This document shows positions 9,901 to 17,597 of a DNA stretch of 64,000 bases, piece by piece. This stretch comes from Chloroflexota bacterium (GTDB lineage Bacteria > Chloroflexota > Dehalococcoidia > Lucifugimonadales > UBA3495): the NCBI GenBank assembly GCA_022573285.1, contig JACZUF010000010.1, forward strand, positions 5,602 to 69,601. Reading direction: 5' to 3'. Under the pieces are notes generated by a model. The model made no database searches. It worked only from the letters and a program-made list of their open reading frames with translations, and was not told where the DNA came from. The translations under genes and the position numbers were made by a program. Every line of letters starts with the position of its first letter. Positions within the stretch are counted from its first letter, which is position 1.

Positions 9901-10236
9901 ATCGAGGCCAGGCTGGACCAGGCCAGGGAGAGATTTACAGCTGGGGAGTTTGAGAAGCTGGCGACGCTTTTGTATCTGCAAACAAGCGATGAGCTATGGA
10001 GGGACCATATGTCCTACGCCCAGAGCTTGATTCTTTGCACACAACTGTGTGGCAACAATGGGAGGGGCGACCTGGCCGCCTATACCCTGACCAGCTTTGA
10101 ATCCTATGAACACTTTCAATACCGGATCGTGGATTCATTCTTGCCGAAATTGGCTGCTTTCCCCAGTGGATTGACCGGGGGACCGCAGCCTCCGCAATTA
10201 GAGATTTTCGAGGAAGTCATTCAAATTCTAGCGTGA
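6949..10236 (+). CDS. divergent SecA-family ATPase (SecA paralogue), 1095 aa
   Basis: SecA motor motifs are present: MNAGEGKTI (Walker A), VITANDYLAGRDAEW, IIDEADHALIDEANIPLIIAG (Walker B), GLQAALEVKEGV, LSGMTGTA, ATDMAGRGTDI, RIDRQLKGRSGRQGD. It has extra insertions and no Cys-rich C-terminal zinc tail. Confidence 0.9.
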   Translation: MVKIPILDRLEGLSQAMNARRGADHRLGGNRLKEIRRLDAASYSDVELRDTIHRIAGELAHRDQRGSGDDNLPAVFAVVNEAINRRQGAWRFFDPAADQQSLQRYHALADRISHSLDYERAAMEWAGNESRCWESFDQAVNPLMVRQGLDPEERILVGTILFVSQRSQAEYTASILLPACFYQTLQAHDKDGALAFRVSDEQIQAGILLYQGNIVEMNAGEGKTIAAVFPAVLHAVHGRTVHVITANDYLAGRDAEWLAPVFESLGLSVSAVLEVMDESDRRFAYGKDIVYGALREFGFDFMRDNLKLSSAEVVQRRLDVAIIDEADHALIDEANIPLIIAGGSGAAPKIPAKLRITIEDLVDLQRAAVSALERELERLRPRSEAYFQLIAKLYLADPDGTVLRREFTADPRCLKRVLRIFAACRVDDEYDSLTGGLCYWTDDDGKSLCLTEKGQDFVESRLGPLFEDLALQEQLSSVQANYDLPLAFRRKEIDKLNRQLARRQDRMHQVVRMLWGYVLLKRDVDYLVRDDQVVLIDKYTGRGRPDTRYHYGLQAALEVKEGVPVQPEHEVLGRISVRGFVSQYSNLSGMTGTAMSSKGEFRRAYGLDVVAMPPSKPLKRTDLEPRMYFSKGDKLQAILEEVRFCHGMGRPVLIGTHSIEECDAISQLLRDDGIEHNVLNAANDLEEHRIIDEAGLFGSVTVATDMAGRGTDIVLEAGSDRRIAASYVALVGELLAQGVGVVKLNCPAKDAAEVLLSAIETADLDCSVATVQNGGRTDVTVSAQDETTQARTVYLEFGLGLYVIGAGNSDNARIDRQLKGRSGRQGDFGASRFISSSEDGLPKFAGDASSGLAGARTDFAGRAFREGESLTRHLEKLQKNAEKDAESRRARTEEYTRVFEAQSFTYYRARKDILRMESFQPFLSRLVAAKAGQLAQKYFPNSLVEDYERQFTGLSEELDLDYKVSASSLRGLDLNLLEDEMAILIEARLDQARERFTAGEFEKLATLLYLQTSDELWRDHMSYAQSLILCTQLCGNNGRGDLAAYTLTSFESYEHFQYRIVDSFLPKLAAFPSGLTGGPQPPQLEIFEEVIQILA

Positions 10237-10289
10237 ACACCGTAAGGATATTGGATCCGGACGGACTTTTCCGAAAAGAGGTATGAGCC

Positions 10290-11069
10290 ATGGGCAAAAG
10301 AAAGAGAATGGGGATGTCGCTTCTCCTGGGTTCAGGCATGTTAGTAGCCGGTCCGGTGCTGGCCGGTTGCGCTTACGGCGTGACCGCCGACAATTGGGCC
10401 GCCACCGAGGGGGCCATCGGCAGGATTAACATGGAAGCGGTCGAGGAGGCCTTCAAGAAATCCCAGTCTGTCGAGGAATTCGAAAAGCGTTTGAACGAGA
10501 TCTACGAAGGGGACGAGATCGTACTGATCCGGGCCAAGGATGAGGATGGCAAACGGGTGATCGAAGGCTACGAAGATCTGAACAGAAATTTCGAAGTCGA
10601 CCCGGACAAAGACGATCTACTATTCACCATCACCAATGAAGGCGACTCGAACGACCTCCGGGGAAACGGCGCGAACCAACATTACCGGAGCTCCTTCGGC
10701 GGCGGAAATTTCCTCTTCACCTATCTGATCTTCTCGTCTCTGGGACGAGGCGGTTTCGGCTACCACACCCCTCGTTCCCGGGTGCCTCAGATGGAGAGCC
10801 AACGGAATAGTTATCGTAATTCAACGGCCTATGCGGGCGGGCGCACCGGAGGGCAGGTCAAGAGAAACTCAACCTACTACAGCAAGCAGAGAGCCAGCAC
10901 GCAATTGAGCACGGCCAGGCAGAGTTATATCGGGACGCAGAAGACCAGCGGAGCGTTCAGGACCAGCAATACCGGCGTAAGGTCCGGTTTCGGCAAATTT
11001 GGCGGCGGCCGTGGCGGCCTCAGCGGTGGTGGTGGCGGCCAGATCATCATAAGGGGCGGGCGGTGGTAG
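10290..11069 (+). CDS. lipoprotein with acidic globular part and Gly/Arg/Ser/Tyr-rich low-complexity tail
   Basis: Signal peptide with lipobox LLVAGPVLAGC. The C-terminal third is FGGGRGGLSGGGGGQIIIRGGRW-type low complexity. Starts 53 nt after the SecA-like gene. Confidence 0.8.
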   Translation: MGKRKRMGMSLLLGSGMLVAGPVLAGCAYGVTADNWAATEGAIGRINMEAVEEAFKKSQSVEEFEKRLNEIYEGDEIVLIRAKDEDGKRVIEGYEDLNRNFEVDPDKDDLLFTITNEGDSNDLRGNGANQHYRSSFGGGNFLFTYLIFSSLGRGGFGYHTPRSRVPQMESQRNSYRNSTAYAGGRTGGQVKRNSTYYSKQRASTQLSTARQSYIGTQKTSGAFRTSNTGVRSGFGKFGGGRGGLSGGGGGQIIIRGGRW

Positions 11070-11095
11070 CCGGCCCTGTTCGCGGGTATTGAGCC

Positions 11096-12211
11096 ATGGA
11101 TGCTGACTCCGCTAAATACCGGAAAGAGTTGGCCGGTTTTTCCATCGAATACAATCCCGCCAAGGCCTACTACATCAAGCATCGTCCGTTTATCCTCCAG
11201 GTTTCCTTGGGCGACATGGACCTTGAGGACGCATTTTGGGTGAAGCTTAAGCCTGAATACCTGGAGTCCCGCCTCGGCGAGTTCCTAGACGATATCTTCT
11301 CCGGCAACCGCAGGCAGCAGGCAAAGTACCGCTCATGGCTGGACGTTAGGGAGAACCCGGACCTACCTGATATGTATACTGCGTTGCTCGAGATATTCGC
11401 GGAATGGCGCAGCGGGAAATGCACTCTTCATTTCTTCGCCAATCAGGGGCCGGAGATCAAGATGACCGACCGGCTGGACGACCACCTCAGTTTGATGCAG
11501 TCGCCGGAGCACCGGATGGAAGAGACTCCATTATTGGACTTGGTGATCGAGCAGAAGCTTGACGTCCTGGACTATCTGGCCAACTCCGGCTACTTCAAGG
11601 ACAAACAGACGATGATGGAGTTCATGCAGACCAACATGCTGATGTTCTTCCTCGACAAGCATGGATACAAACTTTCGGCAAGTCCAATAGTTGAGACCGA
11701 TAAAGACCTGCTGCCCATCGCCGAAAAGCTCCAGTCGGCGAAGCTAATCGAAACGCCGGACCTATCGGAGACTTTCGCGATAACCGAGGAAGGCAGGCAA
11801 GCCATCAGCAGAACGATCGCCGAGACGGAATCATACATAGACCAATATGACGTCTTCAAAGACGTGTTCTTCGACCCGGACAGCGGAGCGCTTGAGTTTG
11901 AAACCGGCCGCGGCAAGGACCTGAGAGTCCAGATGTATGAGCATGAAGACCTAGACCCGGTGCGGATCGTATTTTTGCTCCGTCTTTACGACTCCACCTT
12001 CGATGAAGTCCAGGCGGCTTGGCGCGATTCCATCCACTCGGAGCAATTTTTCGGGGAGATTTTAAGCCCGATAATGAACGCGGAGCGAACGGACGAAGAT
12101 ATGGTTGAAATGGTCCTCGAAGCCGGATACAACTTCAGCGAGGCCCAGTTCGATACCGCCAAAGAGGCGGAATCGCAGGAGGAATTACTCCGGCGAATAA
12201 GGGAAGAGTGA
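11096..12211 (+). CDS. acidic cytoplasmic protein of unknown function (possible winged-helix segment)
   Basis: 371-aa ORF starting 26 nt after the lipoprotein gene, with no TM segments. The stretch LPIAEKLQSAKLIETPDLSETFAITEEGRQAI looks wHTH-like, but this is weak. Confidence 0.75.
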   Translation: MDADSAKYRKELAGFSIEYNPAKAYYIKHRPFILQVSLGDMDLEDAFWVKLKPEYLESRLGEFLDDIFSGNRRQQAKYRSWLDVRENPDLPDMYTALLEIFAEWRSGKCTLHFFANQGPEIKMTDRLDDHLSLMQSPEHRMEETPLLDLVIEQKLDVLDYLANSGYFKDKQTMMEFMQTNMLMFFLDKHGYKLSASPIVETDKDLLPIAEKLQSAKLIETPDLSETFAITEEGRQAISRTIAETESYIDQYDVFKDVFFDPDSGALEFETGRGKDLRVQMYEHEDLDPVRIVFLLRLYDSTFDEVQAAWRDSIHSEQFFGEILSPIMNAERTDEDMVEMVLEAGYNFSEAQFDTAKEAESQEELLRRIREE

Positions 12212-12227
12212 TGCGGCGCCGGCTTCG

Positions 12228-13115
12228 TCAGATGGCCAAAAACAGTATCATCGCCGAACCGATAACCACCGCGCTTTCGATGAAAGCGACCCCCATGTTG
12301 CGTTCGGCGGCGATGGCGTTTGATGTGGAAACGGTGGGTAGCAGCAGCTTATCGAGCAGCACTCGCATGACGTAAAGCAGCGCGAAACCGATCACTCCAA
12401 AAGTGAGAAAGGCTGCGACTCCTTCGACCCACCCGGCAAAATCGCCAAACACTGCTTTAAACGCCACTAACCCGATGGCGATCAGGTTTCCCCCAAACGC
12501 GATACCCACGGCTGTATTGTTGCTTTCGATCTCGGAATGAATATCGAATGATGTGGTCAACTGGTAGAACAGCGCGAAGAGCACCAACAGCACCAATCCC
12601 ATGCCGAAGAACGCCGCCGCTGTGTCTGGCCCGCCGCCCTCTCCCGACACGGCGCCGGCAATCAGTAGCCCGGTGGCCACATACATGCCGAACTCTGCGG
12701 CCCCGCTCCCGACATTTTGGCCTTCAACCACCTCTTTTTCGATATCGAACCGGTAAAGTATCAGCCGGTTCATAAAGATTCTGACCAAGTTTAGAGCGGC
12801 TATGCCGGCCAAGGAGTAGAGGAACACCCTGAGGACGTCCTCGGCATACTCCCGGTCGAACCCCAGCCCGTCCACTGCGATGGAAGCCAACGGCTGATAC
12901 AACGCGCCGAGAAATACTAGTATTACCCCGATGAAGTAGCCGCTAAGCCGCACCGCGACCGCCAGATTTTTTTTGTTCGCGACTTCATCATCGATCCGGT
13001 AGGGGGTGATGATATCCCTGGCGAGCTTGGCGATCACCAATACGATCAACCCCAGACCAACAAACACCAACCCGCGGGGAATAATTTCCAGCGTATCGAT
13101 AATCGCTTCAATCAT
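12228..13115 (-). CDS. multi-repeat DUF350 (YjfL-like) integral membrane protein
   Basis: 295 aa and highly hydrophobic. It has repeated units of the type ITPYRIDDEVANKKNLAVAVRLSGYFIGVILV, YRFDIEKEVVEGQNVGSGAAEFGMYVATGLLI and FDIHSEIESNNTAVGIAFGGNLIAIGLV. Confidence 0.8.
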   Translation of the reverse strand: MIEAIIDTLEIIPRGLVFVGLGLIVLVIAKLARDIITPYRIDDEVANKKNLAVAVRLSGYFIGVILVFLGALYQPLASIAVDGLGFDREYAEDVLRVFLYSLAGIAALNLVRIFMNRLILYRFDIEKEVVEGQNVGSGAAEFGMYVATGLLIAGAVSGEGGGPDTAAAFFGMGLVLLVLFALFYQLTTSFDIHSEIESNNTAVGIAFGGNLIAIGLVAFKAVFGDFAGWVEGVAAFLTFGVIGFALLYVMRVLLDKLLLPTVSTSNAIAAERNMGVAFIESAVVIGSAMILFLAI

Positions 13116-13469
13116 TGTTTTCCCACTTGGATACCGAACATTCAGCTATTTGAGTCCGAATCATCATCTATTTATCACCGATTCCGATTTTTGACGGAGC
13201 AAATTTATCAGGGATATCGACCTACCTGATAGATTTTGCTATTGTAGTGGGCACGTCGAGACAGGTCAAACAATCGTCTGGTGCTTTCGGTTGGTCCGAC
13301 GGGGAATTCAGCTCCAAGAGATCGTTCACCCGCAAAACACGAAAACGCATAGCCACCCTTGTGGCTCCCCGCTACGGACGCGATTCAGGCTGGATTTTAA
13401 TTGTCAGCAAATCGGAACTTTTGTTTCGGTATAGCAGGAACCATTCAGTATTCACGGAGTTCATCCGAT

Positions 13470-14702
13470 TTGAACAGCAATCCCGGTCAAGCAACTGCTG
13501 ACGAATTGTCGGACCTGGCCCAGGTGTTTGCTCAAATCGGGGCCTCGATAGCAACGCCGGCGTTCGTCTACGAAGACGCGTTCATCAGGTCCCGGTGTGA
13601 ACACCTCAAGCAGATCGCCGAAAAGGCCGGCTGTAGACTCCTTTATTCCGTCAAGGCGTTAACTTTACCGTGGGTGCTGGAGTTGATCGCTCCCCACGTT
13701 CAGGGGTTCTCAGCCAGTTCGTTGTTCGAAGCGATCACGGCTCGAAATGTCCTTCCGGCGGAGGGCACTGTGCATCTAACGACTCCGGGTTTGAGGCCCG
13801 ATGAAGTCAACAAGATCTCAGAGTATTGCGACTACATCTCCTTCAACTCCATATCCCAATGGCTGCGGCACAAAGATGAACTTTCAGACCACATGGAGAT
13901 CGGATTGCGCGTGAACCCAGAAGTTTCCTTTCTGGACGATCCCCGCTACGACCCTTGCCGGGCTTACTCCAAGCTGGGCGCATCCACCCACGCCGTCAAA
14001 GAAGCGTTGGGCCAAAACTCCGCGGCGTCGCACGGCGTCAGCGGAATCCTCATCCACAACAACTGCAACGCTCCAGACCTTCGGGAGGTCATGTTAACGG
14101 TCCAAAAACTGGAGAGTGAACTCGGTCACGTCCTAGATAACTCAAAGTGGATCAACCTGGGCGGCGGATATCTGTTCGACCAAGACAGCACCAATCTGGA
14201 CGCGTTCTACGAAGCTGTGGATTCCCTGAAGTCGAGACACGGCCTGGAGGTGTTCATCGAGCCGGGTTCGGCTTTCGTGCGGGACGCAGGTTTTCTCGTT
14301 TCCACCGTGCTTGATCTGATTGAGGACGGCGACAAAACAATCGCGATTCTGGACACGTCCGTGAACCATTTGCCCGAGTCCTTCGAGTATGAGTGGCGGC
14401 CGGATGTTCTGCTGGATATCGAGGGAGGCCGGTTTCCCTACATAATCGCCGGATCTACTTGTTTGGCGGGTGACGTGTTTGGGGAATATGCCTTCGCGGA
14501 GCCCTTGGAGACCGGGTCCAAGGTGGTGATGTACGGCGTTGGCGCCTACAACCTGGTGAAAGCCCATACATTCAACGGGCTTCTTTTGCCATCGATCTAT
14601 TCCCTGGGCGTCAACGGCGAGGTCACTCTGGTGAAGGGATTCACTTTGGAAGAGCAATCTCAGAGATGGGGGTTTGAAGCCAGTGCGCGTTTCGGAAATT
14701 GA
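13470..14702 (+). CDS. nspC: carboxynorspermidine/carboxyspermidine decarboxylase (NspC-like)
   Basis: Collinear similarity (from memory) to Vibrio NspC: TPAFVYED, FNSISQW, GLRVNPE, IHNNCN, WINLGGGY, IEPGSAFV, GSTCLAGDVFG, AYNLVKAHTFNGLLLPSIY. The start is uncertain: the maximal ORF starts at a TTG at 13401, and the TTG at 13470 has GGAG 10 nt upstream. Confidence 0.8.
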   Translation: MNSNPGQATADELSDLAQVFAQIGASIATPAFVYEDAFIRSRCEHLKQIAEKAGCRLLYSVKALTLPWVLELIAPHVQGFSASSLFEAITARNVLPAEGTVHLTTPGLRPDEVNKISEYCDYISFNSISQWLRHKDELSDHMEIGLRVNPEVSFLDDPRYDPCRAYSKLGASTHAVKEALGQNSAASHGVSGILIHNNCNAPDLREVMLTVQKLESELGHVLDNSKWINLGGGYLFDQDSTNLDAFYEAVDSLKSRHGLEVFIEPGSAFVRDAGFLVSTVLDLIEDGDKTIAILDTSVNHLPESFEYEWRPDVLLDIEGGRFPYIIAGSTCLAGDVFGEYAFAEPLETGSKVVMYGVGAYNLVKAHTFNGLLLPSIYSLGVNGEVTLVKGFTLEEQSQRWGFEASARFGN

Positions 14703-16020
14703 ATTTGAGCTGCCCCTCCCTCCCGGACAAGGCAGCATCCTCGATTGGCTTGCCCGCGGGACCGCGGAGAGACTGCCTGACGGCGAGGAGCTGGTACGCC
14801 TGGTAATCACCGAATCCAACCACGACGTTTACCAGTGCGAGGCCACCACCTTCCAGGCCGCCGGGGACTCCCACCGGATTCCCAGTGGCCTGGCGATGGC
14901 GTTTCGGAAGCGCCTGTCGGAAAACACCGGGCGATTCAACGTCGCCATGCTGATACCCACCGGGATCGGCGCGGCCATCGGTGGCCATGCCGGTGACGCG
15001 ACGCCGGTGGCCCAATTGCTGGCTTCCACCTGCGACACCCTGATCATTCATCCCAACGTGGTGAACGCATCCGATATCAACGAGATGCCGGCGAATGCTC
15101 TGTATGTGGAAGGGAGCGTCCTGTGCCGTTTGTTCATGGGGACAGTCGGGTTACAGCCGGTGCGGTCGAACCGGGTGCTGGTGCTGATTCATCCTCACTC
15201 CGACCGGGTTTTCTCTGACTTGGCGGTCAATGCGGTGAATGCGGCCCGTTCCTCATATGGACTTAATTGCCCGCGAATTATCGAGATGGAGCGTCCGTTG
15301 GTGATGAGCCCCGATTACACCGGCTCCGCCAGGGCCGCGGGCAGCGTTGAGGGTTTCGACCATCTGTTTTATCTGCTGGATAAACACCGCGAAGAATACG
15401 ACGCAGTGGCCATTGCGTCGGTGATCTCGACCCCTCTGCATTACTATAGCGATTATTTCTGGAGTGACGGCAGCATCGTCAACCCATGGGGCGGGGTTGA
15501 ATCGATGCTTACCCATACGATTTCAAGCCTGTACGACCTGCCGTCGGCGCACGCTCCCATGTTGGAATCACAGGATGTTTTGGACATTGAAACCGGCATC
15601 GTCGACCCTCGAATGGCCGCCGAGGTCATCTCGGTTAGTTTCTTGCAGTGTGTGCTAAAGGGCCTTCAAAGAAGCCCCAGAATTATCGTTGACCCGGAGG
15701 CCATGCGAGAGCCAAACGTGCTCACTGCTCGGGATATCTCTTGTCTGGTCATACCCGACCAATGCTTGGGTCTGCCCACGTTCGCCGCGTTGGAACAGGG
15801 GATTCCAGTTATCGCCGTCAAAGAGAACCGAAATCTGATGAAAAACGACCTGACGGCGCTGCCCTGGGCCAAGGGACAACTACACATCGTCGAGAATTAT
15901 TGGGAGGCAGCCGGCGTATTGGGCGCCTTGCGGGCGGGGATCGATCCATTGGCGGCGCGGCGGCCCCTTGGGTCTGTCTCGGTGGAAAAGACCAGAACAG
16001 CTACGTCAGTGACGGAGTAG
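14674..16020 (+). CDS. conserved hypothetical protein (LIPTGIGAAIGGHAGDA motif; possibly DUF3326-like, unverified)
   Basis: 448-aa ORF overlapping the nspC-like stop by 29 nt, with a TTG start. The family assignment is from memory only. Confidence 0.65.
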   Translation: MKPVRVSEIEFELPLPPGQGSILDWLARGTAERLPDGEELVRLVITESNHDVYQCEATTFQAAGDSHRIPSGLAMAFRKRLSENTGRFNVAMLIPTGIGAAIGGHAGDATPVAQLLASTCDTLIIHPNVVNASDINEMPANALYVEGSVLCRLFMGTVGLQPVRSNRVLVLIHPHSDRVFSDLAVNAVNAARSSYGLNCPRIIEMERPLVMSPDYTGSARAAGSVEGFDHLFYLLDKHREEYDAVAIASVISTPLHYYSDYFWSDGSIVNPWGGVESMLTHTISSLYDLPSAHAPMLESQDVLDIETGIVDPRMAAEVISVSFLQCVLKGLQRSPRIIVDPEAMREPNVLTARDISCLVIPDQCLGLPTFAALEQGIPVIAVKENRNLMKNDLTALPWAKGQLHIVENYWEAAGVLGALRAGIDPLAARRPLGSVSVEKTRTATSVTE

Positions 16021-16028
16021 CTTAATCG

Positions 16029-17390
16029 ATGATGGCGACGCGGGAAGAAATTCGGGAACGGCTGGCCAACGACGGCGTTAAATACCTGCTCGCCCAGTTT
16101 GTGGACTTGAACGGCTCCCCCAAAGTGAAGTTGGTGCCCGCGGGCCATCTGGACGATGTGATAGACGACGGAGCCGCGTTCGCCGGAGCCGCTCTGCCAG
16201 GACTGGGACAGGGTCCGCACTCCCATGACATGATGGCCCGGATCGATCTGGACTCTTACACGCTGGTCCCTTGGACCGATGGCATCGCCCGCTTCGCCAG
16301 CGACCTCTTCGTAGACGGCCAGCCGCACATGTTCTGCCCTCGCCAGAACCTAAAACGCGTCTTGTCGCAGGTGCGCCAGCAAGGCTACGTGTTCAATGTC
16401 GGAATCGAACCCGAGCATTATCTGGTCACCAAGCAGAAAGACGGCTCCATTGTAGTGTGGGACCCCAACTGCGTTGACAACCTCCGCAACCCTTGCTACG
16501 ACTTCAAAGGCACTTCAAACGCGATTAACTACCTACGCAAGATGATGGATGCCATGGGCCGGATGGGCTGGGAACCCTACCAGTCCGACCACGAAGACGG
16601 CAATGGCCAATATGAGATCAACTTCGGCTACACGGACGCTTTGACCACGGCCGACCGTTACACCTTTTTCAAGATGATGACGAGCCAATACGCCCAGGAG
16701 TTCGGCGCCATCGCCACTCATATGGCCCAGCCCTTCACCAATCGAGTCGGAAGCGGAGGGCATATTCACTACCACCTGGCGGACGCTGCCACGGGAGAGA
16801 ACCTTTTCCTTGACGAGGAAGACCCTCGAGGGTTGGGCCTGTCGCAGTTGGCCTATCAATTTATCGCTGGGATATTCGCCCACGCGCCGGCCCTGTGCTC
16901 GGTCATGTCGCCAACGATAAATTGCTACAAACGGCTGCAGGTGGAACCAGGCCTGACGGATTCTAGTTTCGAATACGTGTGGACGCCCGCGTTTATCGCG
17001 TACGGTGACAACAATAGGACCCAGATGATCCGCACCCCCGGACCCAGCCACCTTGAAGACCGCAGTATGTCATCCGCCTCCAATCCTTATCTGGCTCTGA
17101 GCGTCTACGTCATGGCCGGCCTGGATGGAATACGAAAAGATCTGGACCCAGGAGAGCCCAATCTGGGCAATCTGTACAGCTTGGGTCTGGAGGAGGTCCG
17201 TCGCCGGGGGATACGGTTATTGCCTCAGACCTTGGACGAATCGCTGGCAGAATTAAAGCAAGACGAACTAGTACAAGAATCTTTGGGCGCCATCTACGAA
17301 GAATTTGTAGCCTTGAAAGAAGCCGAGTTGCGGGAGTACCACCGCCAGGTTACCCGGTGGGAGATCGAGCGATATTTGACGCTCTTCTAG
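16029..17390 (+). CDS. glutamine synthetase family protein (type I fold; gamma-glutamyl-amine/polyamine ligase candidate)
   Basis: 453 aa. The N-terminal beta-grasp VKYLLAQFVDLNGSPKVKLVP and the catalytic-domain motifs NVGIEPEHYL, DHEDGNGQYEINF, GSGGHIHYHL and NNRTQMIRTP are typical of the GlnA/PuuA family. Confidence 0.9.
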   Translation: MMATREEIRERLANDGVKYLLAQFVDLNGSPKVKLVPAGHLDDVIDDGAAFAGAALPGLGQGPHSHDMMARIDLDSYTLVPWTDGIARFASDLFVDGQPHMFCPRQNLKRVLSQVRQQGYVFNVGIEPEHYLVTKQKDGSIVVWDPNCVDNLRNPCYDFKGTSNAINYLRKMMDAMGRMGWEPYQSDHEDGNGQYEINFGYTDALTTADRYTFFKMMTSQYAQEFGAIATHMAQPFTNRVGSGGHIHYHLADAATGENLFLDEEDPRGLGLSQLAYQFIAGIFAHAPALCSVMSPTINCYKRLQVEPGLTDSSFEYVWTPAFIAYGDNNRTQMIRTPGPSHLEDRSMSSASNPYLALSVYVMAGLDGIRKDLDPGEPNLGNLYSLGLEEVRRRGIRLLPQTLDESLAELKQDELVQESLGAIYEEFVALKEAELREYHRQVTRWEIERYLTLF

Positions 17391-17597
17391 TCGGGGTTTT
17401 ATTTCAGGTTTTCGTTCAACCCTCCTGAGTGATGGCCTCTCGAGTAATGGAATGAGGGGACCGGGTTGATTTCTGCAGGATGCATATGCTAAAAATCAAC
17501 CTATGAGCAGTGCCTGACCGGCGCATGGGTCACCACGCGGGAACACCAACGGCCCGGTTAATCAATTCCGGGCCGTTGTCCGTGGGAGAGGTCCGAT

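Noticed and set aside
17400-17597. Hairpin ggcccgg-ttaatcaatt-ccgggcc after the GS-like gene as a possible terminator
   Set aside because: The stem is short and there is no clear T-run, so it is ambiguous between strands.
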